Positions 20,001 to 28,828 of a DNA stretch of 64,000 nt are shown here, one piece after another; the first letter of the stretch is position 1; every line of letters begins with the position of its first letter. Made by a program: the position numbers and the translations under genes. Under the pieces are notes generated by a model. The model saw nothing but the letters and a program-made list of their open reading frames with translations, was not told the origin of the DNA and ran no database searches. This stretch comes from a bacterium (GTDB lineage Bacteria; UBP14; UBA6098; B30-G16). Location: positions 22,298 to 86,297 of the forward strand of contig JAUWMV010000006.1 of assembly GCA_030613005.1 (NCBI GenBank). Reading direction: 5' to 3'.

Positions 20001-21805
20001 CAATTGTCGACGCCGATGAAACAGTGAATTTCTATATTAACCAGATTCTATACACAGTTACATGTGAAGTCTTAAATTCACTAACTGGTGTTCCTATTGT
20101 AGGTGCAGACGTAGATATAAAAAATCCTACTATTGGAACTCTTTCAGATGTTACCGGTTCTGATGGTAAATGCTCGTTCGATCGTCCTATGGAAAGATAC
20201 GATATCGATGTGAGCTATACGGGTTATGATCCCGCAAGCGAAACTATAATTCTAACTGGAGATACTACTGTTACGTTTAGAATAACACCATCCTTAGTTT
20301 TTGTGGTAGTGAACGCAACTCTTGAAGGCAGAACGGACTATTCTGGAATTACAATTCGAATGACCGGTGAAATGGCAACGGTAACGCCAACAAGTGGAAA
20401 AGTGACATTTACAGATGTTGAATGGGGTAATAAGACGGTAAGTGCAGAAAAAGAATACTTCGCGACGAAAGATACAACATTCCCTGTAATGTCATCAAAG
20501 TCTATTGATATTATGCTTCCTTATTATTGGCCAGTCAATAGATTCTATAGTAGCTTTTCACCCAGAACGAGACCATTATCTGGACCTATGTCACTCACGA
20601 TTTGCTGGAAACCGCCTTCAAGTGCCTATCTTGATCCTTATAACTACGAGCTTTATGATGCAAGTGGAGCCCTAATTCATACTACCGATACCGCCACTGC
20701 CGCTACTGATACATGCTTCACAATCACTCATGGTATTCATGACGGTGGTTCATACTCGTATTACGTTATAACAAAATATACAGATTTAGGTACATCCGTT
20801 CCATCGATTATATATACAGTAGATGTACATGTAGAACCAGATAGAAATCGCGTTCTAATTATCGATTATGACGGTGGAGAAGGATTTACAGAGCTGTTTA
20901 CTCAAGTTCTGAACAACATACATGTGGATTCTACAATGTACACAATAACTAGTCAAGACGAGGATATTACATTAAACGACAAATATCACCTTGACGATTA
21001 CAGAGGAACTCTCGATGGAAGCGGCGTATTTGTGGTTTTCGGAACTAGAGCCACAGATAGTAATTTCCCAATTGTAATGAGAGCAGCAGTAGTCGATTAC
21101 ATTGAACATGGTGGATTTATATTCATCCAGGGACCCGACTTTGCGCAGGATTATAGTGGCACAGGGCTTCTAAACCTGTTTAATTTCACTGGCACCGACG
21201 GTAGCAGAATGATTACTGGTAATGTTCAGAAAGTAGAATCTTTTGAAAGATTCTTTGGAACTGGAATTATGCATTGGAGAGGAAATTATCCATACCAAAC
21301 CGCTGCTGACGACTATGTAGATTTCCTTGACCCCGGAACTGGTACTCAAAAAATATATTATGCCAATGAAGATACACTAAGCGTTGTCTGTGTAATGTTT
21401 GGAAGAGGCGTATACTCTTCGGTTTACCTTGCTTCAGTTACAAGCCCCACTTGGGATATTGCAGGATGTCTTATTGGTGCGATACTAAAACTAAATGGTT
21501 TTCCTCCTCCTCTTGATGTAAAGGAAATTCCGGCAAGCGTTCCGACAGCGTTTATGCTGAATATTTGTCCTAATCCATTCAACTCCACTACCGATATATC
21601 ATTCGATATACCTGAAGCAAATAACGTTGAACTCACTATTTACGATATTACGGGAATACGTGTTGCGGAGCTGTACAAAGGCTCTATGACAGCAGGTCAT
21701 CATGTAATAAACTGGAATGCAGATGGGCTGCAATCGGGACTTTACATGGTTACGCTCAGTTACGATGGTTACTCCATATCGAGTCGAGCTTTCTATGTAA
21801 AATAA
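17099..21805 (+). CDS. large secreted surface protein (1568 aa) with Ig-like and carboxypeptidase-regulatory-like repeats and a T9SS C-terminal sorting domain
   Basis: SD AAAGGAGG lies 6 nt upstream. Signal peptide MRKAIFSLAIFLLLTGSAFA/QS. There are three DxxPP-initiated Ig-like segments and four tandem CarboxypepD_reg-like repeats. The last 84 aa read CPNPFNSTT..LTIYDITGIRV..SGLYMVTL..FYVK. Confidence 0.85.
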   Translation: MRKAIFSLAIFLLLTGSAFAQSTSWEYNITVNAIDHSAFMNITMGMTAGATDGYDGAGLDIIAPPPMPSGFRAYFVAPSTDGFDPLMDPFLIKDTRNNTPDIYEWVVRTEYAVIPGAEIEWVIDDIPDSLHGGNIERAFIGTRAIGSTDEPTDWIDMFVDNSITYHVLEEAVIRITTIGAVDHLPPVVSNLFPPDGAVGVRETELIKFTITDDVSGVDLANTSVELEIDLDKDGLADSLADITTAGVFIPTIGGYNFEYVPGIDYPTESEICVLVNSQDFCDTIPFVMPEVKWCFQIAAIPEADTIPPVYNSWSIGPMGIDTLANPFEHITLRVEDFGVGVNAATIHVYLDGTTMIPDDMIRKTALGVAHMTYDVDIPPYPPVGWDPAGSHTIRVEACDLAGNCSMSLEREFLAMAVGNVWQMLVTIGDGSGSTSDLTFGQHPTATDLFDPDNDFPQFDIPGFYGYFPISDPSYFMYTMLSKDIRKFDYGSMTWDVEVDDVTGSVVTVSWDRTVIPELPDPLRLKLFVGYGISPDAMTWANLKNYPTEFVDIPVGDIIKLQAIVADTSTIDPNPHLQIIKPLSGEYEVSVFTDIEFILTDDIGIDRDSVYVLFDGVNVTSSLDWTVLPNGYGIVYNPGVLDRFTEYEIFLHAEDIDPTRHYLDVAWKFTTGDTACGPVFDLHIKVIDPSIDSSDVIIGVNSDHTIAYDAFDTLDKPLPPPIGFSPYIYNPEAPPFVKWISDFRNNCVRNEWLIRFQDQSALEQIIRWDPTVIFEDEYWCLQIAVAPIAGLPPDDADYVNMKDIGNISIVIGEQAYVRYGTFCGRDKYYVSGNVYSALDSHPIEGAKIWMSGFTDTTDASGFYKVGKIFPGVYNLEVEADDYIDTTISVTIIDHDVVVDVYLELPTFAISGTTYVDGAATGGVDITVVGIGEFSSHPSGYFEIGNLLAGSYELIASYGVGYNADTNDVTIVDADETVNFYINQILYTVTCEVLNSLTGVPIVGADVDIKNPTIGTLSDVTGSDGKCSFDRPMERYDIDVSYTGYDPASETIILTGDTTVTFRITPSLVFVVVNATLEGRTDYSGITIRMTGEMATVTPTSGKVTFTDVEWGNKTVSAEKEYFATKDTTFPVMSSKSIDIMLPYYWPVNRFYSSFSPRTRPLSGPMSLTICWKPPSSAYLDPYNYELYDASGALIHTTDTATAATDTCFTITHGIHDGGSYSYYVITKYTDLGTSVPSIIYTVDVHVEPDRNRVLIIDYDGGEGFTELFTQVLNNIHVDSTMYTITSQDEDITLNDKYHLDDYRGTLDGSGVFVVFGTRATDSNFPIVMRAAVVDYIEHGGFIFIQGPDFAQDYSGTGLLNLFNFTGTDGSRMITGNVQKVESFERFFGTGIMHWRGNYPYQTAADDYVDFLDPGTGTQKIYYANEDTLSVVCVMFGRGVYSSVYLASVTSPTWDIAGCLIGAILKLNGFPPPLDVKEIPASVPTAFMLNICPNPFNSTTDISFDIPEANNVELTIYDITGIRVAELYKGSMTAGHHVINWNADGLQSGLYMVTLSYDGYSISSRAFYVK
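21551..21802 (+). other. T9SS/Por C-terminal sorting domain of the 1568-aa protein
   Basis: FMLNICPNPFNSTTDISFDIPEANNVELTIYDITGIRVAELYKGSMTAGHHVINWNADGLQSGLYMVTLSYDGYSISSRAFYVK. Confidence 0.8.
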
Positions 21806-21831
21806 ACCAATTCTGCAACACAGATGTTTTA

Positions 21832-21861
21832 AGCTCCTCTGAGAAAGGGGAGCTTTTTTTT
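21832..21861 (+). terminator. rho-independent terminator
   Basis: Stem agctcctc / ggggagct (8 bp, one G-U pair), 7-nt loop, then a run of 8 T, 27 nt after the stop codon. Confidence 0.75.
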
Positions 21862-21942
21862 GGTGTGTGCTTGATGCTTGTTTTTCCGTTTGATTTATAA
21901 AACTGCTTAGTGTGGGATTTATGGATGTATATATTGGATTCT

Positions 21943-23442
21943 ATGAATAATAGAAATATAAAGATATTGGTATTAATGTTAATTTTAATTGTTGCAGGTT
22001 GCGCGAAGATTCAGAGTCCACCTGGTGGTCCGATAGATAAAACTCCACCGAAAATTATAGAAACAACGCCTTCCGATATGGAAAGATCGGTTGATGTCGA
22101 TGCAATAATTACAATTGAATTTAGCGAAGGAATTGCTAAGTATCCTGAGTGTTTTGTTGTACAGCCAACTCTGGAAGATATGAAGATTAGTATTAAAGGA
22201 AGGAAAGTAGTAATTAAACACAGCCTATTTGAGGAAAAGGCAACATATGTTGTGTCAGTTTTGCCAACTCTAACAGATCTTAGGAAAAATATGATGGGAG
22301 AAACGCGGTCCTTTGCGTTCTCAACCGGTGAATCGATCAATAGCGGTTTAATAGGTGGGTATGTTTATGAATCAAGGTCTTTTACGCATGTAACTGACGC
22401 TATTATAGAGGCTTACGAGGATATTAGTTTTAATGATGTTATTAGGAGCACATGGTCTGGAGATGATGGCTCATTTACCCTAAATTATCTTCCTAAAGGT
22501 GAATATTATCTTCTTGCTAAGGTTTTGAAAGGCGATGGCATACCGAAAAAAATAGGCGTTTCAAGGAATAGAATGCCGACAATGTCAAAAGGGATAATGA
22601 TATCTATAACAGATGTAGATTCGAAACCACCGAAAATCTCTTTAATTGAAATGAGAGATAATGCTACATTGAAAATTTCCTTCGATAGCAAGCCGCAACT
22701 GAACAAAGTGAATGCAAACATTGAAAGCTGTAAACTAACTAATGTGTGGTTGGCACCGAAAGATTCGAGCACAATATTTATGAGATTCGAAAGTCTGCCA
22801 GATACATTTGATATCGATATGGTGTTCTGTGATTTTAATAATAATTGTGATTCGATTTCAAGATCGATTTATAATCTTGCGGATTTAGATACAGTTCCAC
22901 CCGAGTTGAAGAATTCAAAGAAGCGAGTTACAATAAATTCTCGAGAAGTCTATCTTATTTTTGATGAACCTTTTAGCGCTGTTTTTGAAACTCGCAAAAA
23001 TTTTTTTAAGGTAGAGAAAACGCAAAGCAATATTCTTAAACTTATTGTTGATCCAAAAATTCCTGTGAGTGATGTAGAAACTTTAGTTTTAGATTCACTG
23101 TGCGACGAATTTGAGAATTGTAAAATTGAATCCTTAACAGTTACATATCCGAATCGAACATTAGGGCAACTATGGGTCAGGACACCTAAGTTTTGCGAAA
23201 GCGAAATCATGCTCGCTAAATCGATAGATAAAATCGAAACTTATAATCTGTCAGATAGAGAGAACTTATACTGGGCATTTATTCCAGAGGGTCGTTATTT
23301 ACTGTTCAGATTTTGCGACGAAGATAATAATGGTTATCCCTCATCGGGAAACATCGATCCGTTCGAGAGATCGGAGAAATTCGAGATTTACAAGGATACG
23401 ATTTATGTTCGTGGTGGCTGGGAGACGGAGGTAATTTGGTGA
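21943..23442 (+). CDS. Ig-like (SbsA/Big_5-like) domain lipoprotein
   Basis: Lipobox LILIVAG|C follows MNNRNIKILVLM. DxxPP domain starts are present (DKTPPKIIETTPSD, DSKPPKISLIEM, DTVPPELKNS). The ORF is open from GTG 21910. Its stop overlaps the lpxB start. Confidence 0.6.
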   Translation: MNNRNIKILVLMLILIVAGCAKIQSPPGGPIDKTPPKIIETTPSDMERSVDVDAIITIEFSEGIAKYPECFVVQPTLEDMKISIKGRKVVIKHSLFEEKATYVVSVLPTLTDLRKNMMGETRSFAFSTGESINSGLIGGYVYESRSFTHVTDAIIEAYEDISFNDVIRSTWSGDDGSFTLNYLPKGEYYLLAKVLKGDGIPKKIGVSRNRMPTMSKGIMISITDVDSKPPKISLIEMRDNATLKISFDSKPQLNKVNANIESCKLTNVWLAPKDSSTIFMRFESLPDTFDIDMVFCDFNNNCDSISRSIYNLADLDTVPPELKNSKKRVTINSREVYLIFDEPFSAVFETRKNFFKVEKTQSNILKLIVDPKIPVSDVETLVLDSLCDEFENCKIESLTVTYPNRTLGQLWVRTPKFCESEIMLAKSIDKIETYNLSDRENLYWAFIPEGRYLLFRFCDEDNNGYPSSGNIDPFERSEKFEIYKDTIYVRGGWETEVIW

Positions 23443-24551
23443 ATATTCTGATTGTAGCTGGGGAGAAATCGGGTGACCTTCAAGCGGCATATTTGATAGA
23501 AGCACTATCTGGCATTCTGTCCGATGCTGAATTCTGGGGTATAGGTGGTTCTTCGATGCGAAAAGCTGGTGTAGATACATTAATAGACATTTCCGAAATT
23601 GCTGTTATGGGTTTTTTGGATGTAGTGCTCAGCTACAGAAAGATTAATTCCGCTTTCGATAGGATTGTGAGAGAAATAAAGAAGCGTAAACCAATCGGAG
23701 CAATTCTTGTCGATTACCCGGGATTCAATTTAAAACTTGCTCGCAAACTGAAGGAATCCAGCATATCTGTGGGATATTATATTTCACCTCAGGTTTGGGC
23801 TTGGGGTGTTAGGCGAGTGAGAAAGATGAAGCGATATGTGGACAAAATGGTTTGTATTCTGCCGTTCGAGAAGGAATTCTATGCAAAGTTCGGAATGAAC
23901 GTGGATTATGTGGGGCATCCATTTTTCGACCATGTTAAACCAGAGATGAGTGAAAAAAAGTTCAGAGAAATAACAGGTATTAACGGTAAATTTATTGTTA
24001 TGATGCCTGGCTCAAGAGTTAAGGAGGTTAAACGTCATTACACTGTTATGATGGAGGTTTTGAGCATATTGCAATTGAAGTACAAGGATCTTTGTGCAGT
24101 AATTCCGATTACTGAAACGGTTAAAGATTATTATAAAGCAAAAAAAATCCCGGACTACGTTGTTCTAATAGAAGGCATGACTTATTCAGCGATGTCATAT
24201 GCAGAAGCAGGATTGATTGCATCGGGAAGCGCAGTAATGGAAGCATCGATGTCGATCCTACCTTCTGTAGTGATATATCGAGTAGATCCATTATCATGGT
24301 TTTTAGGGAGTTTATTAATTAAAACGCCATATTTTGCCATTTCGAATCTTATCGCAGGTAAGGAAATTTTACCGGAATTCATTCAAAAGATCGATAGATT
24401 TAAAATTGCTAGTCATATAGACAAATTGCTTACGCATGGTGATTCTTATAATGAAACACAGAGAAATCTCCTGAAAGTTAAAGAGCAGTTGGGACCATCG
24501 GGCGCAGAAATTCGAGCTGCTAAAATTTTTGCTAATCTATTCACTTCGTAA
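23436..24551 (+). CDS. lpxB: lipid-A-disaccharide synthase
   Basis: N-terminus NILIVAGEKSGD, and YISPQVWAWG, ILPFE..FY, PGSR..EV are typical LpxB motifs. The start is TTG 23436 or GTG 23439, overlapping the upstream stop. Confidence 0.85.
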   Translation: MVNILIVAGEKSGDLQAAYLIEALSGILSDAEFWGIGGSSMRKAGVDTLIDISEIAVMGFLDVVLSYRKINSAFDRIVREIKKRKPIGAILVDYPGFNLKLARKLKESSISVGYYISPQVWAWGVRRVRKMKRYVDKMVCILPFEKEFYAKFGMNVDYVGHPFFDHVKPEMSEKKFREITGINGKFIVMMPGSRVKEVKRHYTVMMEVLSILQLKYKDLCAVIPITETVKDYYKAKKIPDYVVLIEGMTYSAMSYAEAGLIASGSAVMEASMSILPSVVIYRVDPLSWFLGSLLIKTPYFAISNLIAGKEILPEFIQKIDRFKIASHIDKLLTHGDSYNETQRNLLKVKEQLGPSGAEIRAAKIFANLFTS

Positions 24552-24624
24552 TATATTTTTTGTTTATGTTTGAGATGTACAATTCTGTTTGCTAAAATAC
24601 TATAAAATCCTATTTTTTTTGTTT

Positions 24625-26379
24625 ATGTTAAAAGTTTATAAAACATTAAAGGTATATTTAAAAGGTGAAACCTTATCGTTTTTGATAGGCTTAGCCGCGA
24701 TATTATTTGTAGATTATCTGCAAATCTTGATTCCCAAATTAATAAGAAGTATTATTGACGGTTTGTATTTGAGTTCAGTAACTCCGCACGGATTATTGAA
24801 AATTGCAGGATTAATAATGTTCATATCGCTGGGAATAGTTGTGATGCGGTTTTCATGGCGATACCTTTTCATTAGCATATCGAGACGAGCTGAATTAAGA
24901 ATGAGGAGGGCATTATTTAAGAAACTGCTTACCCTTGAGCCGGAATGGTTTGCAAAAACAAAGATCGGTGAATTAATGGCCATTTCTACAAACGATATGG
25001 ATGCGGTTAGGATGATGATGGGTATGGGAGTTGTAGCGGCTATCGATACAATTGTGCTTCAACTGATGGTTATTACCAGTATGATGATTCTTAATGCAAA
25101 ATTGACTTTATATATATTCCTTCCGCTTTTGACTCTGGGTTTTATTGTTCGCTATTTAGGAAGAATTGTACATAAATTATTCCGTGATGTACAGGAATCG
25201 TTTGCAGAGCTTACTGCTCATGTAAGGGAAATTATCAGTGGAATTAGAGTCGTTAAGACTTATGCAAGAGAGAAGTCTGAGACCAAAAGATATAAACGTA
25301 GCAGCAAAGACTACGCTGAAAAGAATATTAAAATGATTATTATTTGGGGTCTTTTCGACCCTTCTATTGGGTTTGTTGTGGGAGCTGTTTTTGTAGCAAT
25401 TTTGCTTTTTGGAGGTAAAAGTGTAATCACAGGCAGTATGAGTGTAGGTGAGCTTGTTCAATTCAACATGTATATGGGTCTTCTAATTTGGCCTATGCTT
25501 GCAATGGGCTGGGTTATTAACTTGTATTCGCGTGGTAGAGCTTCTCTGGATAGAATTATGGAGATTTTGAATGCAGAACCGAAAATCCGAACCATTCATA
25601 AACCATATAAACCGAAATTCATTACAGGTAAGATTGAATTTAAAGAACTGACATTTCGATATGGAGAGGATCTGCCAATAGTATTGGATGATGTAAGTTT
25701 CAAGATCGATGCCGGAACATTTGTGGCAATAACTGGAAGAACTGGATGCGGAAAGACAACGATTGTTTCTACAATTAATAGAATGGTAGATACTTCCTAT
25801 AACACAGTTTTTATCGATGATATGGATGTAAATAAGTTTGATCTTGAGACATTACGTGGGAATATAGGTCTCGTTCCGCAGGATGGTTTTTTGTTTTCTG
25901 CTACCATAATGGAGAATATAAAATTCGGTCGTCCTGATGCAAAAGATTGGGAGGCAATAGAAGCCGCAAAAATTGCTCAGCTTGACAAGGATATTATGGA
26001 TTTCACTGAAGGATATGATTCATTAGTAGGTGAACGTGGGGTTACTCTTTCTGGTGGACAGAAGCAGCGACTGGCAATTGCAAGAGCTCTATTATTGGAT
26101 TCGCCAATTCTAATTTTCGATGATGCACTTTCGGCGGTTGACACAGAGACGGAAGAATTGATTTTCAACAGGTTGCTTAAGGTCAGAAAAAACAAGACCA
26201 CGATTTTCATTTCGCATAGAATTAGCACTATACAAAACGCTGATTTTATTGTCGTTCTCGATAAAGGAAGTATTGAAGAAATTGGAAATCATCAACAGTT
26301 ACTGGATAACAAGAAATTTTATGCGGAGATTTATGCAATGCAAAAATTTGAGGATAAGTTCGAAGATAATGAATTATGA
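24625..26379 (+). CDS. ABC transporter permease/ATPase fusion, MsbA-like lipid exporter
   Basis: Six-TM exporter domain followed by an NBD (Walker A GRTGCGKTT, signature LSGGQKQR, Walker B ILIFDDALS). It sits directly after lpxB. ATG 24625 is preferred over the upstream TTG 24589. Confidence 0.85.
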   Translation: MLKVYKTLKVYLKGETLSFLIGLAAILFVDYLQILIPKLIRSIIDGLYLSSVTPHGLLKIAGLIMFISLGIVVMRFSWRYLFISISRRAELRMRRALFKKLLTLEPEWFAKTKIGELMAISTNDMDAVRMMMGMGVVAAIDTIVLQLMVITSMMILNAKLTLYIFLPLLTLGFIVRYLGRIVHKLFRDVQESFAELTAHVREIISGIRVVKTYAREKSETKRYKRSSKDYAEKNIKMIIIWGLFDPSIGFVVGAVFVAILLFGGKSVITGSMSVGELVQFNMYMGLLIWPMLAMGWVINLYSRGRASLDRIMEILNAEPKIRTIHKPYKPKFITGKIEFKELTFRYGEDLPIVLDDVSFKIDAGTFVAITGRTGCGKTTIVSTINRMVDTSYNTVFIDDMDVNKFDLETLRGNIGLVPQDGFLFSATIMENIKFGRPDAKDWEAIEAAKIAQLDKDIMDFTEGYDSLVGERGVTLSGGQKQRLAIARALLLDSPILIFDDALSAVDTETEELIFNRLLKVRKNKTTIFISHRISTIQNADFIVVLDKGSIEEIGNHQQLLDNKKFYAEIYAMQKFEDKFEDNEL

Positions 26380-27131
26380 AATTTTCCATTCTAAAGATTC
26401 CCATTTATCTTTTCTCATTTGTTGAGGCTATCTCGATGATATTAATTTGGTTATTTTCAATGCCAGTTTTCCTTTTTTTCTGGCTTTTTGGTTTAGTTTT
26501 TGGAAGATGTGCAAAGGATTATCTATTGAGAATATATGTAAAATATGCGTCAAAGTTTATGATATTTGCAACCTGTTCGTCAGTTAAAATTTATGGTATG
26601 GAAAATATACCCAGAGACCGCTCAAATATCCTGTATATTGCAAATCATCAAAGTTATTTTGATATAATAATTATTTATGGATTTATTGATAGGTATGCAA
26701 GATTTATAGCACGGGAAGATTTATTTCATGTTCCGATGCTGGGACTTTGGATGAAGGCCTTGGGTGCGATATCGATAAGCAGAAGTATATCGAGAGATGA
26801 GATAAAAAAATTTTCCTATATTGCTGAGGAACTGAAAAACGGAGCAGTAATGGTTATGTTTCCTGAGGGAACAAGGTCTTTGAATGGTTCTCTTGGTCAG
26901 TTCTACACATCGTCGTTTCGAAGCGGAAGGAAAGCATGCTCGAAAATGATACCGATGAGAATATGGAATTCTAAACGAATTTTGCCAAGAGGATCTTATT
27001 TAATACGACCTGCAAAAGTAAAAATAGTAATAGGAGAAGTTATCGATCCTAAGGATTATGAAAAAGCCAAGTCATCTGAATTTGCGGAAATGATTAGAGA
27101 AATTATGTTAAATTTAAAAATTAATGAATAA
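26376..27131 (+). CDS. plsC: 1-acyl-sn-glycerol-3-phosphate acyltransferase
   Basis: HX4D motif ANHQSYFDI and FPEGTRS motif, with an N-terminal TM segment. ATGA overlap with the upstream ABC gene. Confidence 0.8.
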   Translation: MKFSILKIPIYLFSFVEAISMILIWLFSMPVFLFFWLFGLVFGRCAKDYLLRIYVKYASKFMIFATCSSVKIYGMENIPRDRSNILYIANHQSYFDIIIIYGFIDRYARFIAREDLFHVPMLGLWMKALGAISISRSISRDEIKKFSYIAEELKNGAVMVMFPEGTRSLNGSLGQFYTSSFRSGRKACSKMIPMRIWNSKRILPRGSYLIRPAKVKIVIGEVIDPKDYEKAKSSEFAEMIREIMLNLKINE

Positions 27132-27132
27132 T

Positions 27133-27495
27133 ATGCGAATTGCATTAGGTTCTGACATAGTCGATATAGTACGTATTAAGAAAATAATGAAAACATTCGA
27201 TAATCATTTTCTTAATCGGTTTTTCAGTGATTATGAAATTAGCTATGCTAAAAGTAAATCAAACACTGCAATTCATCTTGCGGGATTTTGGGCTGCAAAA
27301 GAAGCTGCATACAAAGCTTTTGGTTTTGGATTTGCTGCAAGTTACAACATCACACATCAATCAAATGGCAAGCCTATATTGAATCTTCCAGAAGGATTAA
27401 CAAGACCAAAGTCGTTGGATATGTCGATATCACATATTGAAAATGTGGCATTTGCAGTTGTAGTAGCCATTTTTGATGATAATGATTCAGAATAG
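27133..27495 (+). CDS. acpS: holo-[acyl-carrier-protein] synthase
   Basis: MRIALGSDIVDIVRI and FWAAKEAAYKAFG are classical AcpS motifs. An in-frame ATG also exists at 27124. Confidence 0.85.
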   Translation: MRIALGSDIVDIVRIKKIMKTFDNHFLNRFFSDYEISYAKSKSNTAIHLAGFWAAKEAAYKAFGFGFAASYNITHQSNGKPILNLPEGLTRPKSLDMSISHIENVAFAVVVAIFDDNDSE

Positions 27496-27535
27496 CTAAT
27501 AAATTTAACCTATAGTTTTATTATTGATCAGTAAA

Positions 27536-28096
27536 TTATTGGTTGTAATTAGCTTGTTTTTTTCGGATTATGGAGATGAGATAGTAAATTCCTGTTCCCC
27601 AGGATAGCATTATAACAACAGAACTCACAGTAAGAATTGCTATTTCGAGCCATGGTGGTTTTGAGAGACCGAGTATTGCAGCCCAACCCAATAGAGACCA
27701 TAGCATTATTAATTCAAGCATAGTTTTAAGTTTTGCAAGAAGAATGGGCGTGATGATTATTCCTCGTTTCTGAATAATAACAAGTCTTGCAATTGTAATT
27801 GTGAAGTCTCTTAATATAAGTAAGATTGTAATCCACCAAGGGAGGATCGATATGCAGGACAAGGCTATGAGTCCCATGCCAACAAGGAATTTATCCGCTA
27901 TAGGATCCCATAGTTTACCGAAAGAAGAAATTCTTGTTCGACGAGCGATATAGCCATCAATGAAATCGGAAATAGCTCCAAAGGAAAAGAGGATAAATCC
28001 TAACATTCTAAGTTTATTGTCTCCAACGAGGAAAAGAATAAGGACAATAGGAGCGATGACGATCCGTCCAGTTGTTATAAAATTTGCAGTACTCAT
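27536..28096 (-). CDS. pgsA: CDP-diacylglycerol--glycerol-3-phosphate 3-phosphatidyltransferase (CDP-alcohol phosphatidyltransferase)
   Basis: DG(x)2AR(x)8G(x)3D(x)3D motif: DFIDGYIARRTRISSFGKLWDPIADK. Membrane protein of 186 aa. Confidence 0.8.
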   Translation of the reverse strand: MSTANFITTGRIVIAPIVLILFLVGDNKLRMLGFILFSFGAISDFIDGYIARRTRISSFGKLWDPIADKFLVGMGLIALSCISILPWWITILLILRDFTITIARLVIIQKRGIIITPILLAKLKTMLELIMLWSLLGWAAILGLSKPPWLEIAILTVSSVVIMLSWGTGIYYLISIIRKKQANYNQ

Positions 28097-28257
28097 TTAA
28101 AAGAAAGCTCTTATTAACAGTTAAATAATCAAAATATTATAATCATATAAATTAACTAACATTCATTATATTAATGGAATAACCAATTTTACGAAAGTAA
28201 TGTATTTATCAGTTAAATAGTTATATTATTTCGCTTTTGTCATTAAGGAATTAATAT

Positions 28258-28521
28258 TCATTCTCCGAAGCTATCTTTGAAAAGTTTGACAATAGATTCA
28301 ATAGCTTCATTTTCATCAGGTCCGTCAGTTATGATAAGAAGTTTACTGTCCTGCTCTGCAGCAAGAATTAGAACTCCCATTATGCTCTTTGCATTTACTT
28401 CAACATCTTCCTTGATAAGTTTAATATCCGACTTGAATTGCGATGCAACTTTAACTAATAAAACTGCTGGTCGTGCATGAAGTCCTAATTTATTTACTAC
28501 TGTAACTTCCCTACGTTGCAA
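28258..28521 (-). CDS. ptsH: phosphocarrier protein HPr
   Basis: 87 aa with the His15 site (NKLGLHARPA) and the Ser46 region (NAKSIMGVL). Confidence 0.85.
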   Translation of the reverse strand: MQRREVTVVNKLGLHARPAVLLVKVASQFKSDIKLIKEDVEVNAKSIMGVLILAAEQDSKLLIITDGPDENEAIESIVKLFKDSFGE

Positions 28522-28828
28522 TTTATCCCCTTAATCTCTTATCCAGTTTTAATCACCAAATAAGTTCTATACTTGAGTTATTTCAATAATATTCCAGCAC
28601 AGCTAAATTTACAAATATCTTTTAGATTGATACAAAATGGCCTTTTATTGCAAATTAAAGAGAGTTCAATTCCGCTAATAATAGCAATTATGTATCTTGA
28701 TATGATATTAATTGTGTCATATTTTGCAAGCAAAATATTTCATTTTCTGCACTTTAGATATGCAGGTGTTGAATGCATTGAACTACATTGGTAATACCGT
28801 TATAAAATTCAATTATAGTGTTGGAAAG

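Noticed and set aside
24556-24629. A 15-nt direct repeat ttttttgtttatgtt (24556-24570 and 24615-24629) in front of the ABC transporter gene.
   Set aside because: It is a low-complexity T-rich sequence of about chance-level length. The first copy heads only a 9-codon ORF.
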